A DNA stretch of 64,000 bases from Bacteroidaceae bacterium (GTDB taxonomy: Bacteria > Bacteroidota > Bacteroidia > Bacteroidales > Bacteroidaceae): assembly GCA_017529865.1 (NCBI GenBank), contig JAFXNA010000018.1, forward strand, positions 105,138 through 169,137, read 5' to 3'. The translations under genes were made by a program, and so were the position numbers. The notes under the pieces are model-generated. The model was not told where the DNA came from, did not search any database, and saw only the letters and a list, made by a program, of their open reading frames with translations. Below, piece by piece: positions 39,230 through 47,987 of this stretch; positions within the stretch are counted from its first letter, which is position 1; each line of letters starts with the position of its first letter.

Positions 39230-40282
39230 ATGAATATACTCGTAATCAGGTTCCGACAGATGGGCGATGCGATTTTATCGACAGCGTTGCTCAACACGTT
39301 AAGGCATAATTTCCCCGATGCACAAATCCATTTTGTGCTCAATGAACGGATTGCGCCTCTCTTTAAAGGGCATCCGTCCGTCGATCGGTTCATTACATTT
39401 ACCGATGACGAGCGCCATCATGCCTTGACCTACATCCGAAAGGTGTGGCACATTGTCCACGAAACCCATTACGACATCATCATCGACATGCGTAGCACGG
39501 CCAACACGATGCTCTTTTCCCTCTTTTCTCCCTCCTCAAAATTCAGGATTGGGATGGACAAAGGGTACACAAAGCTCGTCTTCAACCACACTATCGCCCC
39601 CTGTGCCAACCAATATTCGATGGTGGAATATGACACTCGCTACACCCTCCCGCTTCAATCTTTGCGCCCTATTGAACCTGTCATCAACTTCACCCTTCAT
39701 ATCACAGACGAGGAGCGACAGTCGTTTGGTGCCTATCTCACTTCACAAGGTATCGACCTCAGCCGTCCTGTGATGCTGGCAAATGTGACGGCCAAGTTAG
39801 CATCGAAAGTATGGATGGAGGACCGTATGGTGTGGGTTCTGAGCCGTTTCGTGGAACAATATCCCGACTACCAGATTATCTTCAACTATGCACCGGGCCA
39901 GGAAGAGGAGAATGCACGGCGTATGTATGCCCAGATGGGAAAACCACAGCAGGTATTTATCGATGTGCAGGCCCATTCGTCCCGCGAACTCGTTGCGATG
40001 TCCAGTTATATGACCCTATTCTTTGGTAACGAAGGTGGTGCCCGTCATATCGCACAGGCTGCCGGTTGTCCTTCACTCGCCATCTGTGCGCCCGAAAACA
40101 GTAGGAAAGTGTGGATTCCGCAGACACAAATATTGGCAGAGGGTATCTCGCCAGTCGATACCTTAGCCGCTCATCAGTTGACAGAACAAGCCTATCAGCA
40201 ACTCAGCCGAGAAGAGAAATACAGTCTGCTGACACAGGAATATGTGTGGAGTCGTTTACAATCATTTATGCAGAAACTATGA
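39230..40282 (+). CDS. glycosyltransferase family 9 (heptosyltransferase-like)
   Basis: MNILVIRFRQMGDAILSTALL, a typical GT9 N-terminus. Confidence 0.8.
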   Translation: MNILVIRFRQMGDAILSTALLNTLRHNFPDAQIHFVLNERIAPLFKGHPSVDRFITFTDDERHHALTYIRKVWHIVHETHYDIIIDMRSTANTMLFSLFSPSSKFRIGMDKGYTKLVFNHTIAPCANQYSMVEYDTRYTLPLQSLRPIEPVINFTLHITDEERQSFGAYLTSQGIDLSRPVMLANVTAKLASKVWMEDRMVWVLSRFVEQYPDYQIIFNYAPGQEEENARRMYAQMGKPQQVFIDVQAHSSRELVAMSSYMTLFFGNEGGARHIAQAAGCPSLAICAPENSRKVWIPQTQILAEGISPVDTLAAHQLTEQAYQQLSREEKYSLLTQEYVWSRLQSFMQKL

Positions 40283-41481
40283 AGCGTAAGACAATCATTC
40301 GAAGCATCGTTCTTTTGGTGCTGGTCGGCATCAGTGTTTGGGTGTGGAGCCGTTGGGACGCTTGGTTTGGCAATCCCGTAGAGGCTCCTTATGTATCTTC
40401 GCCCATTCCATCGAGGATTTTGCTCACTTTCGGCGATTCCATCGGTGAAAACCGCAACGTCAGCTGGCAGTGCGACTCCGTGTTGATGCCTTCCCATCTG
40501 GAGTTGCAAGACTTGGAAGGAACCTCCATCCAAACCATTCCAGCAAAGGGCGAGACGTATGAATCGGAAGGTGGAAAGGCGGCATACTATGTAGCCCGAC
40601 TGCGAGGCTTGAAATCAGGGCACCAGTATCGCTATCGTGTTTGTACCAATGAGCATTATTCCGATTGGTATCAATTCAGCGTATCTACCCATCCCAACCA
40701 CACCGAATTTCTTTATGTAGGCGATGTTCAGGATTCTATTGGCGGTATTGCCAACCAACTCTTGCGGCAGGCACTCCGTCAACATCCGCACGTTGAGTTC
40801 TTGGTATTCGGTGGCGACTTGATTCAGCGTCCACTCGATTGTTACTGGGCAGAATTGTTCAGAAACCTCGATTCCATCGCTCCTGTCCTACCGATTCTCA
40901 CCATCACAGGAAACCACGAGTACAAGAAGGGAATCATCTGCCAGCTCGACCCACGCTTCTGGTTGGTTCACTCTTTCTATCAGGATTCACGTGTAGACAA
41001 TAACCAGGTGTTTACCGTCCGTTATGGCAACCTCCAGCTCTTTTGTCTCGACAGCAATCGTGAGTTCTGGCGTCTATGGCAACAACGTTCGTGGCTGGAA
41101 CGTCAGTTGGCTACCTGTAAGGCTAAATGGAAGATTGTGGTGCTTCACCATCCGCTCCATTCCATCAAGAGCAAAACCAACAACCTGATTCAGCGCTGGA
41201 TGTTCGACGATTTGGTGCGCGACTACGAAGTTGATATTGTGCTACAGGGCCACGAACATGCCTACACACGTTTGCATGTAGACACACCGACTCCAATCTA
41301 TACCGTCAGCCATTGTTCGCCGAAGAACTACAATGTCAAGAACGATGAACGGTTCGACTGCTTTGGAACCGGTAGCCGCTACTATCAGAAGATTCAAACC
41401 CACCTCGACACCCTGTTCCTCACTGCCTACGATGCAGTTTCAGGGGAACTCTATGATTCAATCCCCATCATGAAACAATGA
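40279..41481 (+). CDS. membrane-anchored metallophosphoesterase (purple-acid-phosphatase-like)
   Basis: N-terminal TM helix; GDVQD, GGDL, GNHEY, VVLHHP, GHEHAY. ATGA overlap with the GT9 stop. Confidence 0.8.
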   Translation: MKRKTIIRSIVLLVLVGISVWVWSRWDAWFGNPVEAPYVSSPIPSRILLTFGDSIGENRNVSWQCDSVLMPSHLELQDLEGTSIQTIPAKGETYESEGGKAAYYVARLRGLKSGHQYRYRVCTNEHYSDWYQFSVSTHPNHTEFLYVGDVQDSIGGIANQLLRQALRQHPHVEFLVFGGDLIQRPLDCYWAELFRNLDSIAPVLPILTITGNHEYKKGIICQLDPRFWLVHSFYQDSRVDNNQVFTVRYGNLQLFCLDSNREFWRLWQQRSWLERQLATCKAKWKIVVLHHPLHSIKSKTNNLIQRWMFDDLVRDYEVDIVLQGHEHAYTRLHVDTPTPIYTVSHCSPKNYNVKNDERFDCFGTGSRYYQKIQTHLDTLFLTAYDAVSGELYDSIPIMKQ

Positions 41482-43442
41482 ACATCAAGAAAACATATAT
41501 CTCCACCCCCCTCGCCTTCGTTTGCAATCTGGCGATGGTGTATCTCGTTTACGGCATCTGCCGTCTGGCCTACCTGTTTGAAAACTGGAGTGTCCTGTCA
41601 GCAGGATTCGATACCCTTTCGTTCTGGGAAGCCTTCAAGGGCTGCTGGATGTTCGACACCTCCGCCATCCTCTACACCAATGCACTCTATGCCGTGCTGA
41701 TGTTGATTCCGCTTCATTTCAAGGAAACAAAAGTGTGGCAGACCATCGCGAAGTGGGTATATGTACTTATCAACTCCCTCTGCATTATCGCCAATCTGGC
41801 CGATGCTGTCTATTTCCAGTATACAGGACGTCGCACCACCATATCAGTCTTCAGTGAATTCAGTCACGAGAGCAATTTAGGTAGTGTGTTCGGTGTCGAG
41901 ATGCTGCATCATTGGTACCTTGTGCTTTTGGGTGTACTCCTCATCGCTGCCCTCATCTACCTGTATGTGAAACCAACAGGCAAGTTGTCGCTCAAAGGTT
42001 GGAAGTCCTACATTACTTATTATCTCATCCACCTCATTTGTTTCGGTCTGTATATCCCCATCACCGTATGCGGTATGCGAGGCGGAGCTACTACGGCTGT
42101 TCGTCCCATCACCATCAGCAATGCCAACCAATACATCAACCGTCCTGCCGAAGCAGCATTGATACTCAACACCCCGTTCTCACTCATCCGTACCGTCAAC
42201 AAAAACGTGTTTGCCGACCCAGGCTACTACACACAAGAGGAGTTGGATAGTATTTACAGTCCTGTGCACACTTCTGCCGACAGCCTCACACTTCGCAAGA
42301 AGAATGTGGTCATCCTGATTCTTGAAAGCTTTGGACGCGAATATATAGGCGCATACAACCAAGATTCAGGTTTCAAAGGTTACACACCTTTTGTCGACTC
42401 ACTCCTCCAACGTTCCGTCACCTTCGAATACACCTACGGGAACGGTCGCAAAAGTGTAGATGGAATGCCATCAATTTTGTCAAGCATACCACGTTTCATT
42501 GAACCATTTTTCCTAACACCTGCCTCGCTCAACCAAGTGAGCGGTATCGCCGGTGAATTGGGCAAAAATGGCTATTATTCCGCCTTTTTCCACGGTGCAG
42601 AGAACGGTTCGATGGGCTTCGAAGCTTTCGCTCATGCTACAGGCTACAACGACTACTTCGGACGTACCGAATACAATCAAGACAAACGATTCGGAGGCGA
42701 TAAAGACTTCGATGGCATGTGGGCCATCTGGGACGAGGAGTTCCTGCAGTTCTATGCCCTACAGATGAGCGAGATGCGTGAGCCGTTCGTCACCACCGTC
42801 TTTACCGCCAGTTCACACCACCCTTACGTAGTGCCTGAGCGCTATCGCAATATCTATGTTGACGAACCAGGCGATGATAACATCATGCATAAGTGCATCC
42901 GCTACACCGATCATGCCTTGAAGCAATTCTTCGAGACTGCCAGTCAGCAACCTTGGTACGAGAACACCCTCTTCGTCCTCACCGCCGATCACACCAACCT
43001 CAGCTCTTGTCCAGAGTACCAGACCGAACTGGGACTGGTCAGTGTGCCCATTCTCTTCTTCGACCCCTCTGGTGACTTACAACCTGGCATCCGTCCAGGC
43101 ATCGCCCAGCAGATCGACATCATGCCTACCGTCCTCAACTATCTTGGTTACGACCGTCCCTATGTTGCATTTGGCATCGACCTCTTCAACACCCCTGCCG
43201 ACCAAACCTGGCTCGTAGGACACAACAACGGCCTCTACTTCTATTCACAGGGCGACTATGTTATATTCTTCACCGAAAACGGTACCCTCAAAGCCATTTA
43301 CAACTACAAGGACGACTGGTTCATGCATCACAACCTCCTTGGCACGACAGGCACTATCGAACAACAGATGGAACGCCAGCTCAAAGCCATTATCCAAAGC
43401 TACATGCAGCGCATGATCAACGACGAACTGACAATTCGCTAA
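41478..43442 (+). CDS. LTA-synthase/sulfatase-family membrane phosphotransferase
   Basis: Multi-TM N-terminal domain plus a sulfatase-fold domain (VVILILESFGREY, TADHT). ATGA overlap with the upstream gene. Confidence 0.8.
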   Translation: MNIKKTYISTPLAFVCNLAMVYLVYGICRLAYLFENWSVLSAGFDTLSFWEAFKGCWMFDTSAILYTNALYAVLMLIPLHFKETKVWQTIAKWVYVLINSLCIIANLADAVYFQYTGRRTTISVFSEFSHESNLGSVFGVEMLHHWYLVLLGVLLIAALIYLYVKPTGKLSLKGWKSYITYYLIHLICFGLYIPITVCGMRGGATTAVRPITISNANQYINRPAEAALILNTPFSLIRTVNKNVFADPGYYTQEELDSIYSPVHTSADSLTLRKKNVVILILESFGREYIGAYNQDSGFKGYTPFVDSLLQRSVTFEYTYGNGRKSVDGMPSILSSIPRFIEPFFLTPASLNQVSGIAGELGKNGYYSAFFHGAENGSMGFEAFAHATGYNDYFGRTEYNQDKRFGGDKDFDGMWAIWDEEFLQFYALQMSEMREPFVTTVFTASSHHPYVVPERYRNIYVDEPGDDNIMHKCIRYTDHALKQFFETASQQPWYENTLFVLTADHTNLSSCPEYQTELGLVSVPILFFDPSGDLQPGIRPGIAQQIDIMPTVLNYLGYDRPYVAFGIDLFNTPADQTWLVGHNNGLYFYSQGDYVIFFTENGTLKAIYNYKDDWFMHHNLLGTTGTIEQQMERQLKAIIQSYMQRMINDELTIR

Positions 43443-43544
43443 CTAACTCTCACCACCACCATAAAATACGTAATACTACAGAAAAAGTGCAAAAAACGGC
43501 TTAAATAATAAAAATGAGCCTATTTTTTCCCCTTTTTTGCCTTG

Positions 43545-43577
43545 GTACACAAAATTGTGGTCCACAAACTTGTGTAC
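43545..43577. promoter_or_regulatory. twin 12-bp palindromes (operator-like): gtaCACAAaaTTGTGgtcCACAAacTTGTGtac
   Basis: CACAAAATTGTG at 43548-43559 and CACAAACTTGTG at 43563-43574, together forming a larger near-palindrome over the -33 region of the promoter at 43593. Confidence 0.45.
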
Positions 43578-43592
43578 TTCAACAATAATGTT

Positions 43593-43600
43593 TACCTTTG
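43593..43600 (+). promoter_or_regulatory. -7 box TAccTTTG
   Basis: 23 nt upstream of the ATG at 43623. Confidence 0.5.
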
Positions 43601-43622
43601 TGCCCCAAAGAACATTCTGTAT

Positions 43623-44747
43623 ATGGAAAAAGCATTTGTATATGGTATGTCTGTAGAGGGAGACAACTTTACAGACAGGGTGAAGGAAACTTTACGGCTG
43701 AAACTGGATTTCGAGAATGGCATCAACGTCGTTCTGGTATCTCCACGCCGAATCGGAAAAAGTTCAGTGGTACGGAAAGTGATAAAAGAAATCACTAATC
43801 CAGAGATAAAAACGGTGTTTATGGATATTTACGATTGCAGAAGCGAGTATGATTTCTATAACCGTTTTGCCTCCGAATTGTTAAAGCAGACAGCTACTAA
43901 GAGTGAGCAGGTGATAGAAAATATCAAACGTTTTCTGGTTAGACTGACTCCCAAGATTGCCTTTTCGCCAGAGCCAATGTCTGAATATTCGCTATCATTG
44001 GGGATTACTCCTCAGAACTACCAACCAGAAGAGATTCTTCAGTTACCGGAAATGATCGGCAAAGCTCAAGGAGTACATATTGTAGTATGTATCGACGAAT
44101 TTCAGCAGATAGGCGAGATGTCAGATACATTGACCATTCAGAAGCGTTTACGCGGAATATGGCAGCATCAGCGCAATGTGTCGTATTGTCTGTTTGGGAG
44201 CAAGAAACACCTAATGACCAAACTATTCCAAAATCGTAAGATGCCTTTTTATCAGTTTGGCGAGATGATGTATCTGGACAAGATTCCAACGGCAGACTGG
44301 GTGCCGTTTATCTGCTCAAGATTCGAGAGTCATGGAAAACAGATATCAGAGGAACTTGCAAAGAGAATCTGTGAAACGGTAGATGGCAACTCTTCGTATG
44401 TACAGCAATTAGCATGGAATGTCCTTGCAGAAACAGAGAATGTTACAACAGAAGAAGACTTCAATCGTGGTGTCGATGCCCTGTTGGCACAATGCTCTGC
44501 CCTCTTCGAAGAGCAGTTGAAGGGGCTGACCGGGTATCAAATGAACTTTATCCGTGCCCTGTGTGATGGTGTGAGTTCCGACTTCAGCAGCAAAGCAATC
44601 CTCGAAACTTATAATCTTGGTAGCAAGTCGAACGTCTCACGAATCAAGGGTGCACTACAAGATAAAGAAATGATTGACTTCGATAAAGATAGCGTCTATT
44701 TAGAAGACCCTGTTTTTAAGATTTGGTATAAACGAAAAAGCAAGTGA
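43623..44747 (+). CDS. AAA-type ATPase (Arch_ATPase / ATPase_2 family)
   Basis: F.DR..E...L, Walker A SPRRIGKSSVV, Walker B VVCIDEFQ. Confidence 0.7.
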   Translation: MEKAFVYGMSVEGDNFTDRVKETLRLKLDFENGINVVLVSPRRIGKSSVVRKVIKEITNPEIKTVFMDIYDCRSEYDFYNRFASELLKQTATKSEQVIENIKRFLVRLTPKIAFSPEPMSEYSLSLGITPQNYQPEEILQLPEMIGKAQGVHIVVCIDEFQQIGEMSDTLTIQKRLRGIWQHQRNVSYCLFGSKKHLMTKLFQNRKMPFYQFGEMMYLDKIPTADWVPFICSRFESHGKQISEELAKRICETVDGNSSYVQQLAWNVLAETENVTTEEDFNRGVDALLAQCSALFEEQLKGLTGYQMNFIRALCDGVSSDFSSKAILETYNLGSKSNVSRIKGALQDKEMIDFDKDSVYLEDPVFKIWYKRKSK

Positions 44748-44755
44748 TGCCAACA

Positions 44756-44830
44756 GCCCTTCTGCAGCGTCTTGATGCGCTGACCCTGCAAATTATAAAT
44801 AGCGTTGTTCCTCTCCCCATGAGGGGGAAA
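44756..44830 (-). pseudogene. relic of a T9SS C-terminal sorting domain
   Basis: The minus strand reads FPPHGERNNAIYNLQGQRIKTLQKG. The nucleotides align with 62841-62905 of the CTD of the serpin at 62795-64000. It is cut off by the ATPase gene end. Confidence 0.6.
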
Positions 44831-44926
44831 GAAGTGAAGAGTGGAGAGAACTTTTTTTGCGAAATGATGCAAGATTTCCGATAGTTTGGGATTTATACTC
44901 ATGAAAACCATTAAACTTTGAGTATT

Positions 44927-46186
44927 ATGCTAAAAAGGACTTTATGGGTAGCCATCCCCCTGACAATGATGGCAACCGTAATAACTGGATGTAGTAGTGA
45001 TGACAATGATGCTCCCGACACTACTGATCCTGTTGAATTGACGCTGACTCGCGGAGAACAGGAGTTGGTAAACCTAAGTAATGTGTTTGCTTTCGATTTG
45101 TTTCGTGTGATTCAGGATGGTGTGAATAGTCAGATACTCTCACCTCTTAGCGTCACTTATGCTCTCGGTATGCTTAACAACGGTGCTGCAGGTGAAACAC
45201 AGGAACAAATTAATAAGGTATTAGGATTTGGCAACTATGGAGCCGACAGCATCAATGCTTTTTGTATTAAGATGATGCGCATTGCTCCTTTGCTCGACCC
45301 TAAGACAAAAGTGATGATTGCCAACAACATCTATCTAAATAAAGGGTATGAACTGAAGTCCGACTTCGTACAAAAAGCGAATACCTTCTACGATGCAACA
45401 CCCGAAACACGTGACTTCGCTGACGGCAAGACCGAGAATGTCATCAATCAATGGGCAAGCGACCATACGGAAAAGATGATACAAAAGTTGTTCGATAAAG
45501 GTCAGTTCAATCCCTTTGCCGTCAGCTACCTGCTCAATGCCATCTATTTTAAGGGCTTATGGACAAATAAGTTCGACAAGGCCAAGACAAAACAAGAGGT
45601 GTTTGAGCATGCGGGTGAAACGGAGGAGCTTACCTATTGCATGATGATGCACCAAACTGATAAATTTGACTATACAGAGACTGCCGATTGCCAAGTTCTA
45701 AGATTGCCATACGGCAATGGTTCGTTCGCAATGACAATATTCCTGCCGAAAGTACAGTCTAATGACGTTTCCACCAATGACGTTCCAAAGGTACCTACTG
45801 CTGAGGAATGGCAACGAGTGAACCAGACGATATATCCTGCGAAGGTAGATGTGAAACTACCACGTTTCGAGACAAATACGGATATTGGCCTAAACAGCGT
45901 TATGGCCGCGCTTGGTATGCCTAATGCCTTTAACCCGGAAAAGGCAGATTTCACCAACTTCTGTAACAAGCCAACATATATCACCATGATGAAGCAGGTG
46001 GCTAAAATCAAACTCGACGAGGAAGGAACCGAGGCTGCAGCAGTCACAGTCATTGAGGTTAATACTACGTCAATGCCAGGACCTTCTCAAACAATCGAAT
46101 TCCACGCCAACCGTCCGTTCCTCTATGTCATCAGCGAACGGCAGTCGGGAGCAATTTTCTTCATAGGTCAATATACAGGGTATTGA
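44927..46186 (+). CDS. serpin-family protease inhibitor, lipoprotein form
   Basis: Lipobox VITGC; SPLSVTYALGMLNNGA.GET; hinge GTEAAAVT; ..F.ANRPF. Confidence 0.85.
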   Translation: MLKRTLWVAIPLTMMATVITGCSSDDNDAPDTTDPVELTLTRGEQELVNLSNVFAFDLFRVIQDGVNSQILSPLSVTYALGMLNNGAAGETQEQINKVLGFGNYGADSINAFCIKMMRIAPLLDPKTKVMIANNIYLNKGYELKSDFVQKANTFYDATPETRDFADGKTENVINQWASDHTEKMIQKLFDKGQFNPFAVSYLLNAIYFKGLWTNKFDKAKTKQEVFEHAGETEELTYCMMMHQTDKFDYTETADCQVLRLPYGNGSFAMTIFLPKVQSNDVSTNDVPKVPTAEEWQRVNQTIYPAKVDVKLPRFETNTDIGLNSVMAALGMPNAFNPEKADFTNFCNKPTYITMMKQVAKIKLDEEGTEAAAVTVIEVNTTSMPGPSQTIEFHANRPFLYVISERQSGAIFFIGQYTGY

Positions 46187-46196
46187 TAGTCAGCAG

Positions 46197-46772
46197 GTGA
46201 CCATTAAGAGAGCAACTATCCAAGAACAAAGCTTAATTAAGCGATTGCGAGACGGTGACAAAGTTGCCGCCCGCGAGTTCTATGCCCTCTATGCAGACTA
46301 TTTAGCTGGTATCTGTGCACGTTATATAGCAGATGAAGAAGACCAGAAAGATGTGTTTCAGGATGCCTTCGTCCATATCCTCACCCACATCAACGATTTT
46401 CAGTATCGGGGCAACGGTTCCCTGCTGGCTTGGGCGGCAAAGGTGACGGTGAATACATCGCTGAAGTTCCTGAGAACCCTGCAGCGGCACGAATTCGTTT
46501 CGCTCGACAGCGACTTGTCAGACGAACCAGAAGAAGACGACCCGCCCGTCAGCGATATTCCGCCCGATGTCATCCAGCAGATGCTGAGCCAGTTGCCAAC
46601 AGGCTATCGCACCGTACTGAACCTCTATGTCTTCGAAGGGAAGAGCCATAAGGAGATAGCTCAATTGCTTGACATCAAGGAAAACAGCTCTGCTTCGCAG
46701 CTGCACAGAGCGAAGAACCTACTCGCCAAAATGATTCAAAAGTATCATAACGATAATTCCTCACGACTATGA
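46197..46772 (+). CDS. ECF-type RNA polymerase sigma factor
   Basis: Region 2 (DVFQDAFV.I) and region 4 (YRTVLNLYVFEGKSHKEIAQLL). GTG start 10 nt after the serpin stop. Confidence 0.85.
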   Translation: MTIKRATIQEQSLIKRLRDGDKVAAREFYALYADYLAGICARYIADEEDQKDVFQDAFVHILTHINDFQYRGNGSLLAWAAKVTVNTSLKFLRTLQRHEFVSLDSDLSDEPEEDDPPVSDIPPDVIQQMLSQLPTGYRTVLNLYVFEGKSHKEIAQLLDIKENSSASQLHRAKNLLAKMIQKYHNDNSSRL

Positions 46773-47833
46773 ACGAACTGTGGAGACAACAGATGCGGCA
46801 GAAGATGGCAGACTATCAACGGTCTGCCCCAGAGGTGTCGTGGGACGAGATTGACAAAGCCCTGGCCACTCAAAAGAGAAGCGGGAATTGGTGGATACGC
46901 ATCGCGGCTGCGGCTGCCATTGTGGCGCTTGCAGGTACGGGTTATTGGTTGATGCAAGACAAAGCATCCGAACAGAAACCCCTCACAGCTGAGACCACCA
47001 ACACTCAGCAACAACCCATAGAAACGCAAAGCGCACCTGTTTCTGTAGAGATAGAGCACTCAGAAGCTCCAAAGATGGTTGCAAGAGTCGAAACAACTCC
47101 ACATGCGACACCATCAGTGATTCAGCAACCGATGGATACTGCCGTTGTTGTCGAAACGGCTGTCGGTCCTACGACCATCACTGATACCACGACAACTGGC
47201 GCTACCGAAAACCGCCCACATCCACTCCCAGATAGGGGTATCGTCTCTTCTCCCCTAGGTGAAGACAAGAGAGAGGTGTACCGTAAAACTCAGCTGACTG
47301 CAAAGGTATATTATGGAAATACGATAATGGGTAGTCGTATGCCAAATGAATCGAATGGTAGTGTATCCAATGCTTCTGCTATTGGCAGTCCTAGCCATCA
47401 TAACAATCATAACATCCGCTACCACCAGCCAATTCGATTTGGTGTTTCACTCCGCTATCAGCTCAACGAGCGTTGGAGCATCGAAAGCGGACTGACATAC
47501 ACACGGCTTGTGACTGATAGTTGCTCGGTCCGACAACGTCACGACTATCTCGGCCTGCCACTCAATATGGGATACCAATTGTGGTCAAACCGCCATTTCG
47601 GTGTCTATCTCACAGCAGGAGGAACCGTCGAGAAGATGCTGGATGCAAGTCCTTGGCAGCTTTCAGTAAACAGCGCTGTGGGACTTGAATACAAATTGAC
47701 AAACATATTGCACCTGTATGCCGAACCAGGACTCGGTTATTACTTCTCGGATGGAAGCAAAATCCCTACCATTTACCAAGACCAACCGTTCAATTTCAAC
47801 CTCAATATCGGCCTCCGTTTCGACTTGAAATAG
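46769..47833 (+). CDS. anti-sigma-like N-domain + TM helix + disordered linker + C-terminal outer-membrane beta-barrel (PF13568-like) protein
   Basis: ATGA overlap with the sigma gene. TM helix WWIRIAAAAAIVALAGTGYWL. The C-terminus has alternating beta-strand patterns and ends ..NLNIGLRFDLK. Confidence 0.7.
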   Translation: MNELWRQQMRQKMADYQRSAPEVSWDEIDKALATQKRSGNWWIRIAAAAAIVALAGTGYWLMQDKASEQKPLTAETTNTQQQPIETQSAPVSVEIEHSEAPKMVARVETTPHATPSVIQQPMDTAVVVETAVGPTTITDTTTTGATENRPHPLPDRGIVSSPLGEDKREVYRKTQLTAKVYYGNTIMGSRMPNESNGSVSNASAIGSPSHHNNHNIRYHQPIRFGVSLRYQLNERWSIESGLTYTRLVTDSCSVRQRHDYLGLPLNMGYQLWSNRHFGVYLTAGGTVEKMLDASPWQLSVNSAVGLEYKLTNILHLYAEPGLGYYFSDGSKIPTIYQDQPFNFNLNIGLRFDLK

Positions 47834-47987
47834 CCAATTCTTACCTCTCATTTCCCGATGAAATGGGGCAAAATCAAGGATTTCAACTTGTTCCGCAAAT
47901 GACTATCAACTTATTCAGTAAAACGGTTGTCAACCGCATCAGGAAATAAGCAAAAAACTGTCAACCAAAATTAGGAAAAGACTATTT

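Noticed and set aside
40111-40278. 56-codon upstream extension of the metallophosphoesterase ORF
   Set aside because: It overlaps the GT9 gene in another frame. MKRKTII followed by a TM helix at 40279 forms an ATGA overlap with the GT9 stop, which is the usual coupling.
47233-47260. Possible sixth, degenerate copy of the GC hairpin element inside the anti-sigma linker (tagggg..cccctagg, encoding ..SSPLGEDK..)
   Set aside because: It has only a 6-bp inverted repeat and a loose resemblance to SPEGED in leuS. That is too weak to call without a genome-wide element model.
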